59,675 nt of DNA from Planctomycetota bacterium (GTDB lineage: Bacteria > Planctomycetota > PLA2 > JAEUHO01), in assembly GCA_050248855.1 (NCBI GenBank), contig JBFWRP010000027.1, positions 1-59,675 of the forward strand, written 5' to 3'. Made by a program: the position numbers and the translations under genes. Below are positions 19,617 to 28,529 of the stretch, piece by piece (the first letter of the stretch is position 1; each line of letters opens with the position of its first letter). Under the pieces are notes generated by a model. It was not told the origin of the DNA, did not search any database, and worked only from the letters and a program-made list of their open reading frames with translations.

Positions 19617-21446
19617 CTACAGCAGCTCGAGGGCCAGGTACAGGGCGAAGACCAGGGCCACGTAGAGCACGATGTTGCCGATCGGCCAGGGGGTGGCCGC
19701 CGACCTCGCCTCGTAGCGGGCCTCGTCCCGGGCCAGAGCGGCCTGGGCGTCGGCGACCGCCGTCCGAGCACCCAGCAGGCTCGCGGCGGCCAGCCGCAGG
19801 CGCCGCCAGACGAGCATCATGGCCCCCGGCGGGTTGCGAGCGGCCTTCCAGAGCGTCCCGGGCACGGTCTCGTGGGCGAAGCGGTGCAGGTGGTCGAAGA
19901 AGGCCATCAACGGGCCGCGCACGAACCGGGCGATCGCGTCGGCGGCCAGCGCCTGGCCAACGTGGACGTCCAGCGGCGGGGGGAGCGGGTCGGCGGGTAC
20001 GACCGCCCCACGGGCCAACAGGAAGGCGGCCAAGCCCCCGAGCAGCACCAGCTGGACCAGCAGCACCTCGCCCCCGCCCACCGCCGCCCAGCCGGGGGCC
20101 GGCAGGTCGCCGGCAACCGCCACGGCGGCCGAGGCGAGCAACGCAAGGAGCGGGGCCAGCGCGTCGAGCGCGCGACCCGCGGCCACCGGGCGCCAGCCCT
20201 TGTCCGGCCCGAGGAAGGCCCCCACGACCAGCTTCAGGCCCACGATGGCGAAGAGCCCCGCCAACGCGGCGAGCGGCACCCAGGCCCACGCGGCCGGGCT
20301 GCGCAGCGCCGCCTCGGCCGCGACTGCCGAGGGGGCCACGAAGGGGATGGCTCCGGCCAACGCGAACGCGCCGCCGAGGGCGCAGGCGAACAGCAGCGGG
20401 CGCTCGCGAAGGAGCCCGCCCAGCCGCGAGAGGTGCGTGGTGCCGACGCGCCGCTCGAGCACGTCCGCGACGAACCCGAGTGCCACGAGGGCCAGCGCCT
20501 GCGCGCCCAGCACGGCGAACGCCGCCGCAGGGGCCTGGTCGCCGGCGCGCCCGGCCACGAAGAGCGCCAGGCCCACGCAGGCGATCGCCCCGTAGGCGAG
20601 CAGGCGGCGCAGGTCATCGCAGAGCACGGCGAAGGCCAGGGCGCCGAAGGCCCCGAGGCCGCCGACCACGAGGAGCACGTCGCCCGCCGACTGGGCGAAG
20701 GCCTGCGCGGCGAGCACGGCAGCCGCGAGCGGCAGGCCGAGCAGCACCGCCCCCACGGCGGGTCGCGCCGCCGTGGTCCACTCGATCCACCAGCCATGCA
20801 GCAGCGGCGCGGCCGCCAGCACGAGCAGCCCGATCAGGAGCACCGGGGCTGCGACGTCCTGCCGCAGGGCGAGACCCTCCGGCGCGCGGCCGAGCGACTC
20901 GAAGAAGCCGGGCAGTGCGCCATCAGGACCTGCGGGGAGCAACGCGAAGGTGTGCAGGTGCACGTAGCGCAGCACCGCTCCGGCAATGACCAGGAAGCCG
21001 CCGACGACGAGGGGGACGAAGCCGCGCAGCGCCGCGTCGTAGGAGGCGCGGTCACCGCGGCCGAGCACCAAGACCACGCCGCCGACCGCGGCCAGCGACA
21101 TCCACGTGAACCAGGCCAGGAGGTCCTGGCCGCCGAGGGCGCCGGCGAGACCGGCGCCGAACACGAGCAGCGCCGTCCCCGTCGAGCGTCGCGCGTCGTC
21201 GCGCAGGGCCAGGGCGGCCGCAAGCAGCAACGCCGCGACGAGCTGCTGGCAGACCGCGGGCCCGCCCAGCGCGAACGCCTCGCCCATCAGGTGCACGTGG
21301 TCGGGCCCGGCGACGAGGCCGAAGAGCGACTGGGCCAGCGCGAGCGCGGCCACGAGGCCCGCGACGAGAACGGCGCGCACGGGCAGCAACAGTGCCGCGA
21401 GCGCACCCGCCAGCAGCAGGACCGAGATCGGGAGGTCAGTCGTCAT
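19617..21446 (-). CDS. Divergent MrpD/NuoN-like antiporter subunit (third paralog)
   Basis: Polytopic; PLLHGW, DDLRRLLAY and LSRLGGL; last gene of the mrp operon. Confidence 0.75.
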   Translation of the reverse strand: MTTDLPISVLLLAGALAALLLPVRAVLVAGLVAALALAQSLFGLVAGPDHVHLMGEAFALGGPAVCQQLVAALLLAAALALRDDARRSTGTALLVFGAGLAGALGGQDLLAWFTWMSLAAVGGVVLVLGRGDRASYDAALRGFVPLVVGGFLVIAGAVLRYVHLHTFALLPAGPDGALPGFFESLGRAPEGLALRQDVAAPVLLIGLLVLAAAPLLHGWWIEWTTAARPAVGAVLLGLPLAAAVLAAQAFAQSAGDVLLVVGGLGAFGALAFAVLCDDLRRLLAYGAIACVGLALFVAGRAGDQAPAAAFAVLGAQALALVALGFVADVLERRVGTTHLSRLGGLLRERPLLFACALGGAFALAGAIPFVAPSAVAAEAALRSPAAWAWVPLAALAGLFAIVGLKLVVGAFLGPDKGWRPVAAGRALDALAPLLALLASAAVAVAGDLPAPGWAAVGGGEVLLVQLVLLGGLAAFLLARGAVVPADPLPPPLDVHVGQALAADAIARFVRGPLMAFFDHLHRFAHETVPGTLWKAARNPPGAMMLVWRRLRLAAASLLGARTAVADAQAALARDEARYEARSAATPWPIGNIVLYVALVFALYLALELL

Positions 21447-21783
21447 GCGTGACGTCCTCCCCCTGCGCGGGCCCCGGCAGCAGGACGATGCGTGCCACGT
21501 GGGCCAGGAGGATCAAGGCCAGCGGGACGCCGATCCCGATCCACGCGGGCCAGAGCTCGCTGCCGGCCAGCGGCTCGAGGCCCCACCGCGAGGCGTGGCC
21601 GAAGATCGCTCCCACGGCGACGGCTGCGACCACGAACACGGCCTTGGTCTGCCGGCGCCGTGCAGGCGAGCCGGGCGGACGCCGTTCGGCCTCGGCCACG
21701 CGCGGGCCCTCGGGGAGCTCCCGGCCCCAGGCCTCGATCGCGACCTCGGCGGCGTGGTGGTCGTGGTGGGCCGCGGCGCTCAA
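21436..21783 (-). CDS. Small two-TM protein in the mrp operon with His-rich N-terminus
   Basis: TTG start overlapping the upstream stop (TTGA) after GGAGG; two hydrophobic segments. Confidence 0.65.
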   Translation of the reverse strand: MSAAAHHDHHAAEVAIEAWGRELPEGPRVAEAERRPPGSPARRRQTKAVFVVAAVAVGAIFGHASRWGLEPLAGSELWPAWIGIGVPLALILLAHVARIVLLPGPAQGEDVTHDD

Positions 21784-23288
21784 TGCCCACCTCCGTGCGT
21801 CGCGACGTACCCCGCGGCGTCCTGCGCCAGATGCAGCAGGCCGTCGGGGAACAGGAACAGGGCGATGGTGAGCAGGGCGGTCGCGACCAACGCCACCAGA
21901 CACGGCCACGGGGCCTCCTGGCGTCCCGCGGGCGCCCCCTCGGGGAGCGGCTTGAAGAACGCACGCCACACGATGGGCAGGAAGTAGCAGGCGTTCAGCA
22001 GCGCGCTCGTGCCCAGCACGACGAGGACGAGGGCGTTCGGGCCCTCGGCCGCGCCCTTCAGGAGCCAGTCCTTGCTGATCATCGTGGCCGCGGGCGGCAG
22101 GCCGATCATGGCCAGCGCCCCCACCGCGAACGCCGTCATCGTGATCGGCATGCGGCGCGCCAAGCCGTCCAGCTCGCTCACCTTGGTCTTGTGGACGGCC
22201 ACGTAGATGGCGCCCGCCGCGAAGAACAGCGTGATCTTGCTGACGGCGTGCGCGCCGATGTGGGCCACGCCCCCCGTGACGCCCGTCGGGACGAGCAGGG
22301 CCACGCCGAGCAGCACGTAGGAGAGCTGGCTGATCGTGCTGTAGGCAAGCCGTCGCTTGAGGTTGTCCTGGGCCAGCGCGACCAGCGACGCCACGACGAT
22401 CGTGAAGCAGGCCGCGCCGATCAGGATGCCGTTGGCACCGATGCGCGAGAGGGTGTCGGTGCCGAACACGTGGAGCACCACGCGCGACACGCCGAACACG
22501 CCCATCTTGACCACGGCGACGGCATGCAGCAGCGCGCTGACCGGCGTGGGCGCGACCATGGCGGCGGGCAGCCAGCCATGCAGCGGCATGACGCCGCACT
22601 TGGCCAGGCCCGCCACGTACAGGACGAACGTGAGGGTCAGCAGCCCGGCGCTCGCCGTGGACCCGTGGAGCAGGCCCCCCTCGGTGAAGTCGAGCGAGCC
22701 GCCTCCCAGGTGCCAGACCAGGAACAGCGCCGGCAGCTGGAACGCGAGCGACGTGCCCAGCAGGTAGGTGAAGTAGCGCTTGGCGCCCGCACGCGCCTCG
22801 GGCGTCTGGGCATGGATCACCAACGGGTAGGTGACCAGCGAGAGCACTTCGTAGGCCGCGAACATCGTGAACGCGTTCTTGGCGAACGCCCCCGCCATGA
22901 CCGCGGCGATCGAGAGCGCGAAACAGGCGTAGAAGCGGGTCTGGTGCCCCTCGCGGTGCGCCCGCATGTACCCGATCGAGTAGAGCGTGTTGAGGACCCA
23001 GAGGCCCGAAGCGACCAGGGCGAACAGCAAGCCGAGGGCGTCCGCGTGGAAGGCCAGTCGGAAGCCGGGCGCGAGCGTGGCGATGTGCGTCCCGATCGGG
23101 ACGCCGCGCTTCCACGCGTCGTACAGGAAGAGGACCAGCGCGAAGTTCGTGACGGCCACGAGCAGGCTGGTCGCCTCGCGCAGGTTGGGCAGCCTGCGGA
23201 AGAGCACGAGCAGCGGCACGGCGCCGGCGCAAAGCGCCATGGACACGACCGGTCCGATCTCGGCGAGGGGGCGGCCGAAGAGCGTCAT
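21780..23288 (-). CDS. mrpD: Mrp Na+/H+ antiporter subunit D family (second paralog, MrpA-TM-like)
   Basis: AYEVLS, AKCGVMPLHGWLPAAMVAPTPVSALLHAVAVVKMG, LKRRLAYST. Confidence 0.9.
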   Translation of the reverse strand: MTLFGRPLAEIGPVVSMALCAGAVPLLVLFRRLPNLREATSLLVAVTNFALVLFLYDAWKRGVPIGTHIATLAPGFRLAFHADALGLLFALVASGLWVLNTLYSIGYMRAHREGHQTRFYACFALSIAAVMAGAFAKNAFTMFAAYEVLSLVTYPLVIHAQTPEARAGAKRYFTYLLGTSLAFQLPALFLVWHLGGGSLDFTEGGLLHGSTASAGLLTLTFVLYVAGLAKCGVMPLHGWLPAAMVAPTPVSALLHAVAVVKMGVFGVSRVVLHVFGTDTLSRIGANGILIGAACFTIVVASLVALAQDNLKRRLAYSTISQLSYVLLGVALLVPTGVTGGVAHIGAHAVSKITLFFAAGAIYVAVHKTKVSELDGLARRMPITMTAFAVGALAMIGLPPAATMISKDWLLKGAAEGPNALVLVVLGTSALLNACYFLPIVWRAFFKPLPEGAPAGRQEAPWPCLVALVATALLTIALFLFPDGLLHLAQDAAGYVATHGGGH

Positions 23289-24763
23289 CGCAGCAACGCC
23301 TCCGCCGCGGCCTTCGCCCAGGTGCCGGCCCAGGAGGTGACGCCGAGCACGAGGCAGAGCCCGGCCAGCACGAGGCCCGGGATCCGCATCGACCAGGGCA
23401 CCTCGGCGGTGACCTTGGGCTCCACGTCCTCGGGGGCGAACCAGACGAGCATGCCGATCCGCCAGACGTAGATGACCGTGAACAGGCTCGACAGCAGGAG
23501 CACGGGCACGACGAGCGGGAGGCCTGCGTCGAGCGCCCCCGTGGCGAGCAGCCACTTGCTCTGGAAGCCCGCCGTCAAGGGCACGCCGATCATGGACAGT
23601 CCGGCGACGGTCACGGTGGCCGCGCTCCAGGGGGCCCGGCGCGCCAAGCCGGCGAGGTCCTGCACGCGCGTCGCCCCGGTGCGCACGGCCAGCGTCCCCG
23701 CGACGCAGAACAACGCCCCCTTGGCGGCCGCGTGGTTCCACATGTGGAGGATGCCGCCCGCCGTGCCGTCGCGATCGAGCAGCACCACGCCCAGCACGAT
23801 CGTGCCGATCTGGCCGACGCTGCTGTAGGCGAGCAGGCGCTTGAGGTCCGACTGCCGCAAGGCGAGCAACGGACCGAACACGATGCCCGCGCAGGCCGAG
23901 ACCAGGATCAGGTCGCGCGCCGTCGGCAGCACGTCGAGCAGGAAGTCGGGACCGTACACCGAGTAGACGAAGCGATACAGCGCGTAGGCCGGGACCTTGG
24001 TGGCCGTCGCCGCGAGGAAGATGCTGGCCCCGGCCGGTGCCTGCGTGTACGCGGACGGTTGCCACCCGTGCAACGGGAAGAGGGCCATCTTCACGGCCAA
24101 GCCCACGGTGATGAAGGCGAAGGCCGTCAACACGTTGCGCTGGTGGAAGAGCGCGGGCAGCCGCTCGGCGAGGTCGGCCATCGCCAGCGTGCCGGTGGCT
24201 TGGTAGAGGTAGCCGACGCCCAGCAGGATGAAGGTGGCGCCGATGCTGCCGACGATCAGGTAGCTGTAGCCGGCGTAGAGGGCCTGGCGCCGCCGCCCCA
24301 TGGCGACCAGCACGTACGACGTGATCGAGGAGATCTCCAGGAACACGTACAGGTTGAAGACGTCGCCGGTGATCGTGATGCCCATCAGGCCCGTCACGAA
24401 CAACAGGAACACCGTCAGGTAGCCGCTGCGCCGCTCCGGGGCAAGGTCCACGGCCAAGCCCCGGGCCATCCACAACGTGGCCAGCACACCGACGCCCGAC
24501 ACCATGACCAGCACCATGGCGTTGAGCGGGTCGACGACGTACTCGATGCCCGTAGGCGCGAGCCAGCCGCCCATGGCGTAGCGGACCACGCCCTCGTCCC
24601 CCACGCGACCGAGCAAGGCCCAGCTCGCGTAGGTGGAAAAGCCAAGGGCCGCGGCCACCAGGGTCCACGCCGTCCGCACGCCGCCGATGCGGGACACGAG
24701 CGGGATCAGGAGCGCCGTCATCAACGGCACCACGACCACGAGGACGGGCAGGTGCTCGGCCAT
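23285..24763 (-). CDS. mrpD: Mrp Na+/H+ antiporter subunit D
   Basis: GDVFNLYVFLEI, VKMALFPLHGW, LKRLLAYSS, SKW. Confidence 0.93.
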   Translation of the reverse strand: MAEHLPVLVVVVPLMTALLIPLVSRIGGVRTAWTLVAAALGFSTYASWALLGRVGDEGVVRYAMGGWLAPTGIEYVVDPLNAMVLVMVSGVGVLATLWMARGLAVDLAPERRSGYLTVFLLFVTGLMGITITGDVFNLYVFLEISSITSYVLVAMGRRRQALYAGYSYLIVGSIGATFILLGVGYLYQATGTLAMADLAERLPALFHQRNVLTAFAFITVGLAVKMALFPLHGWQPSAYTQAPAGASIFLAATATKVPAYALYRFVYSVYGPDFLLDVLPTARDLILVSACAGIVFGPLLALRQSDLKRLLAYSSVGQIGTIVLGVVLLDRDGTAGGILHMWNHAAAKGALFCVAGTLAVRTGATRVQDLAGLARRAPWSAATVTVAGLSMIGVPLTAGFQSKWLLATGALDAGLPLVVPVLLLSSLFTVIYVWRIGMLVWFAPEDVEPKVTAEVPWSMRIPGLVLAGLCLVLGVTSWAGTWAKAAAEALLR

Positions 24764-25182
24764 CAGGCGGCAACGTCCGGCGGCGGGCCTTGCGCGTCGT
24801 CCTCGTCTTCGTCGGCGGCGAGGATCTCGACCTCTTCCACGGTGCCGTAGGCGCGCTGGATGCGGACGACCAGGGCCAACGCGACCGCCGTCACGCTGAC
24901 ACCCACGACGATCGCCGTCAGCATGAGCACGTGGGGCACGGGGTTCTCGTAGATCGGCTGGGCGGGCGCGCCCTCGCCCTCCCAGATCACCGGCACCGTG
25001 CCGCCCTTGACGCGCCCGATGGACAGGTAGAAGAGGAAGACGGCCGTCTGCAGCAGGTTGAGGCCGATGATCTTCTTGACGAGGTGGCCCTTGGCGATGA
25101 TCGCGTACAACCCGATCACCATGAGCACGGCGTAGATGACGTACTTGTAGTGGCGGACGAGCTCCCGCAGCAGGTCATCCAT
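24763..25182 (-). CDS. mrpC: Mrp antiporter subunit C
   Basis: LVKKIIGLN..NPVPHVLMLTAIVVGVS. Confidence 0.93.
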   Translation of the reverse strand: MDDLLRELVRHYKYVIYAVLMVIGLYAIIAKGHLVKKIIGLNLLQTAVFLFYLSIGRVKGGTVPVIWEGEGAPAQPIYENPVPHVLMLTAIVVGVSVTAVALALVVRIQRAYGTVEEVEILAADEDEDDAQGPPPDVAA

Positions 25183-25684
25183 GGATGCCTCCTGCGTTGT
25201 CGCGACCTTCGTCGTCGTCGTCCTCGTCGAGCGCCAAGGGATCCCCGGGCTCCGGTCGGCTCATCTCGAAGAACAGCGTGAGCATGCTCGACGTGACGGT
25301 GATCATGACGCCTGCCTCGATCGCCATCAGCCCGTAGTGGTGCATGTGGTTGCGCACGACGGGATCGAGGCTGTTCGTCAGCGCCTCGTAGCCGAGGAAG
25401 GCCCCACCGCCCAGCAGGCAGAGCGCCCCCACGCCGCTGTACACGAGACAGCCGAACGGCATCAACGCGTCCGTGAAGCCCCGCTTGAGCTGGGAGCGGC
25501 CGTAGGGCCAGCCCTCGGTGAGTGCCAGCAAGACGATCGAAGCCGCGAAGATCACGCCGCCCTGGAACCCACCGCCCGGACCGTCTTCGCCGTGCCCCAG
25601 GACGTAGAGGGCATAGAGCTGGATGAACGGCACGGTGGGCCGCGCGACGTAGCGCAGGATGGGACTGGGCGTGTGGTGGCTCAT
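25175..25684 (-). CDS. mrpB: Mrp antiporter subunit B (MnhB domain)
   Basis: GHGEDGPGGGFQGG motif. Confidence 0.9.
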   Translation of the reverse strand: MSHHTPSPILRYVARPTVPFIQLYALYVLGHGEDGPGGGFQGGVIFAASIVLLALTEGWPYGRSQLKRGFTDALMPFGCLVYSGVGALCLLGGGAFLGYEALTNSLDPVVRNHMHHYGLMAIEAGVMITVTSSMLTLFFEMSRPEPGDPLALDEDDDDEGRDNAGGIHG

Positions 25685-26328
25685 GCGCCCTCCCCGCCCT
25701 TGGACCGGCGCCGGGGCGCGGGTCGCAGGAGGAGCACGACGCAGAGCGCGGCCGTGAAGATCACGACGGTCTCGCCCATGGTGTCGTAGCCGCGGTAGTC
25801 GCCGAGCACCGACGTGATGATGTTGGCGGGGCCGACTTCGCCCAGCGTGCCGTCTTCGCGATTGGCGCTCTTGTTCAAGTAGCGTTGGGCAACATCCGGG
25901 TGCACGAGCGCGGGCGCATCGTGCGCACCCACGGGCGGCATGTCGGGGATGCCGTACAAGAGGCCCAGGGCCACCAAGGCACAGGCGGCGAGCGCGCCGA
26001 GCCGGGCGCCGCGTGCGTGCGCGGCACGCCCCTCCTCGTCCTTGATGTGACTGCGGAAGGTGCCGAGCGAAGGCCAGAACAGCCGTCCCCGGTCACGCAC
26101 CGCCTCGCGACGCCCGACGCGCACGATCGCGGCCAGCATGAGCACGGTGGAGATGCCGGCCCCGACGGCGGCCTCGGTGAAGCTGACGTCGAGCGCGTTC
26201 ATCCACGCCCAGAGCACGGCCATCATCAGGCTGTAGGCGCCCAGCACGGCCGTCGCGGCCAGCAGGTCCTTGAGCCGGACGGCGGCCAGGGCCAAGCCGA
26301 CGAGGATGGCGAGGATCAGGTCTTCCAT
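25681..26328 (-). CDS. DUF4040/MbhD-MbhE-like subunit (stand-alone MrpA C-terminal part)
   Basis: ALDVSFTEAAVGAG and NIITSVLGDYRGYDTMGE. Confidence 0.88.
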   Translation of the reverse strand: MEDLILAILVGLALAAVRLKDLLAATAVLGAYSLMMAVLWAWMNALDVSFTEAAVGAGISTVLMLAAIVRVGRREAVRDRGRLFWPSLGTFRSHIKDEEGRAAHARGARLGALAACALVALGLLYGIPDMPPVGAHDAPALVHPDVAQRYLNKSANREDGTLGEVGPANIITSVLGDYRGYDTMGETVVIFTAALCVVLLLRPAPRRRSKGGEGA

Positions 26329-26669
26329 GATCCCCCTTCCGGCTTGGGCGGCAGCTCGGTGTCCGCGCCGGGACGCACCCAGGGCTTGATGCCGACGATC
26401 CACGCACTCCGGGCCAGCGCGTGCGTGGCGGTGGGGTTGAGCAGGAGCACCAGGAGCACGATGAACACGAGCTTGACGGTGACGAGCGTGAGGCCGGCGA
26501 CCAGCATCAAGCCGACCAGGATCAGGGCCTGCCCGAGCGTGTCGCCCTTCCCGGCCGCGTGGAGGCGGGTGTAGACGTCGGGGAAGCGCAGCACGCCCGC
26601 CGCGCCGGCCAGCATGACGAGGGCTCCGACGCCGAGCAGGATCGCCGCGATCACCTCGAGGACGCTCAC
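26316..26669 (-). CDS. mrpG: Mrp antiporter subunit G
   Basis: GVLRFPDVYTRLHAAGKGDTLG..NPTATHALARSA. Confidence 0.93.
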   Translation of the reverse strand: MSVLEVIAAILLGVGALVMLAGAAGVLRFPDVYTRLHAAGKGDTLGQALILVGLMLVAGLTLVTVKLVFIVLLVLLLNPTATHALARSAWIVGIKPWVRPGADTELPPKPEGGSWKT

Positions 26670-26974
26670 TGGTCGTCCTCCTGGCCGAGGTTGGCCGCGC
26701 CGCGCGAGCGAAGCGCCGCGCGCCGCTCCATGTACCGGAGCACGGCCACCGTCGCGATGAAGTTGATCAGGGCGTAGGCCAGCGCGATGTCGAGGAAGAA
26801 GCCGGGGCGCTCGTAGAGGAAACCGACGAGGGCCAGGAGCACGATCGTCTTGGTACCGATCACGTTGACGGCCAGGACGCGGTCGTGGACGGTCGGCCCG
26901 ACGATGACGCGACGCAGCACGACGAGCACGCCGAAGAGCACGGTGATCGTGGCAGCGATGTAGACGTGGTTCAC
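26666..26974 (-). CDS. mrpF: Mrp antiporter subunit F
   Basis: RVIVGPTVHDRVLA..LDIALAYALINFI. Confidence 0.92.
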   Translation of the reverse strand: MNHVYIAATITVLFGVLVVLRRVIVGPTVHDRVLAVNVIGTKTIVLLALVGFLYERPGFFLDIALAYALINFIATVAVLRYMERRAALRSRGAANLGQEDDQ

Positions 26975-27483
26975 GACGCGGTCCCCGAGAGCGCCTGCGA
27001 CGGGCCGACCGGGGCGCTGCCCTCGACCGCCAGGAGGCGCTTCTCGATCACCCGATCCACCACGCCTTGCGCGGCGCCGGCCGTGAGCGCGTGGATGAGC
27101 AGGTCGTCACCCTCCGCGTCCACCGTCACGGTCCCCGGTGTCAGGGTGATGCTGTTGGCCAACGCCACCAGCCCGAACGTGCTCGACATCCCCGAGCGGA
27201 CACGCAGCACCTTGGGCTCGATGCGCCGAAGGCCCAGGACGCACAGGATCACGTCCACGTTGGCCAGGAGGATCTGCCACAAGAGCCACGGCAGGTAGAC
27301 CGCCGTGCGCAGCGCACGACCCAAGCCGCGGCCGATGGCTCCGCCTTGCGTGAGGTGCTTGTGCGAGAGCGCCGCCACGATCGTGGTGGCCACCACGCCG
27401 TAGCCGAGATGGATCGGGTCCGTGAACCCCGAGAGCAGGAACCAGAACGTTCCCATCACGAGCCAGGTCAGGACAAAGCTCAT
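26971..27483 (-). CDS. mrpE: Mrp antiporter subunit E
   Basis: ANVDV..LANSITLTPGTVTVD..LLIHAL. Confidence 0.92.
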   Translation of the reverse strand: MSFVLTWLVMGTFWFLLSGFTDPIHLGYGVVATTIVAALSHKHLTQGGAIGRGLGRALRTAVYLPWLLWQILLANVDVILCVLGLRRIEPKVLRVRSGMSSTFGLVALANSITLTPGTVTVDAEGDDLLIHALTAGAAQGVVDRVIEKRLLAVEGSAPVGPSQALSGTAS

Positions 27484-27576
27484 GACGACCCGTCGCCCTC
27501 CCGACCCCTGGCGAGGCAAGAACCTACTCGGGTGCCTGCGCGGTCGGAAGCGCGACCGGAGGCGTGACCGAGGCCC

Positions 27577-27984
27577 TCACGGGAGGTCACCGCCCAGCCG
27601 TGCATGGAGGTAGCGCCAGAGCACGCCTCGCGCCAGCCCGCCCGACGGCGCGCCGAGCGGTCCGCCGTCGAGGGCGTATGTCGTACCTACGCGTCCGCCG
27701 CCCAGATCGGTGCGTGCCACCTGGATGACGACTTCGACGTCCGAGGGCACGCCCTCGGGCAGCGGCGTGCGTTCGTGCTCGTCGAGCAGCCAGCGCAGCG
27801 CGCGTACGTGCTCGGTCTCGAGCAGGGCCCCCCGGGGCGCCGCGTAGGCGGGCATCCGCGCACCGTCGTAGACCTCGCGGACGCGACGCTCCTCCACGAC
27901 GGCCCCGGGCGGCGGCCAGAGCCAGCGGGGCACACCGCGGGGCGGCTCCCTGAGCGGACCGTCGGGGGGGACCTCGCGACCCAT
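27577..27984 (-). CDS. Hypothetical protein
   Basis: ORF filling the gap before mrpE; G-rich RBS-like stretch; no motif recognised. Confidence 0.5.
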   Translation of the reverse strand: MGREVPPDGPLREPPRGVPRWLWPPPGAVVEERRVREVYDGARMPAYAAPRGALLETEHVRALRWLLDEHERTPLPEGVPSDVEVVIQVARTDLGGGRVGTTYALDGGPLGAPSGGLARGVLWRYLHARLGGDLP

Positions 27985-28101
27985 CCCCCCTTCATACCGC
28001 GCCCCCGGCCCCCTGCATCCTGGCCACCTCCCCCGGCTCAACGCCGGGGGCGGTACGGTCGATGGAAGAAGGGGGCGGCCTGCGCCCCCCCGGTTCCCCC
28101 C

Positions 28102-28500
28102 ATGACCCGACGCTCGCGCCACCCCGCCAAGACGCTCCTGCTGCTGCTGGCCTTCGGGGCTGTGGCATGGGCCGTCTACCGGTACTGGCCGGCCCTCAAC
28201 GACCAGATCCGTGGCGAGGAGCAGCGGCCCGACCCCGCCCTCGTGGAGGGCCTCCGCGGCAACATCGAAGCGATGCTCGAAGGTGAGGCGTGCTCGCTGG
28301 GCCTCCAAGACGTGGCTTGGCGCCGCAACGAGGGGCGCTTCGTGGTGCGGCTGGACGCCGACCCGGCGTGCGGCCAGGGCCCCGCCAAGGACCTGTGCGC
28401 CCGCGTGGCCCGCCTCGTCGCGGCCCAGGGCGGAGGCTATCCCGCCAGCGTCTTCGCCTACAACGGCGCGGGCGAGCAGTTCGCGCAGTACATCGAGTAG
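28102..28500 (+). CDS. Hypothetical membrane-anchored protein
   Basis: Basic N-terminus plus TM; GC3-biased codons; three Cys. Confidence 0.7.
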   Translation: MTRRSRHPAKTLLLLLAFGAVAWAVYRYWPALNDQIRGEEQRPDPALVEGLRGNIEAMLEGEACSLGLQDVAWRRNEGRFVVRLDADPACGQGPAKDLCARVARLVAAQGGGYPASVFAYNGAGEQFAQYIE

Positions 28501-28529
28501 CCAGCCGCGCGGGAAGCGGACGCGGCGAC

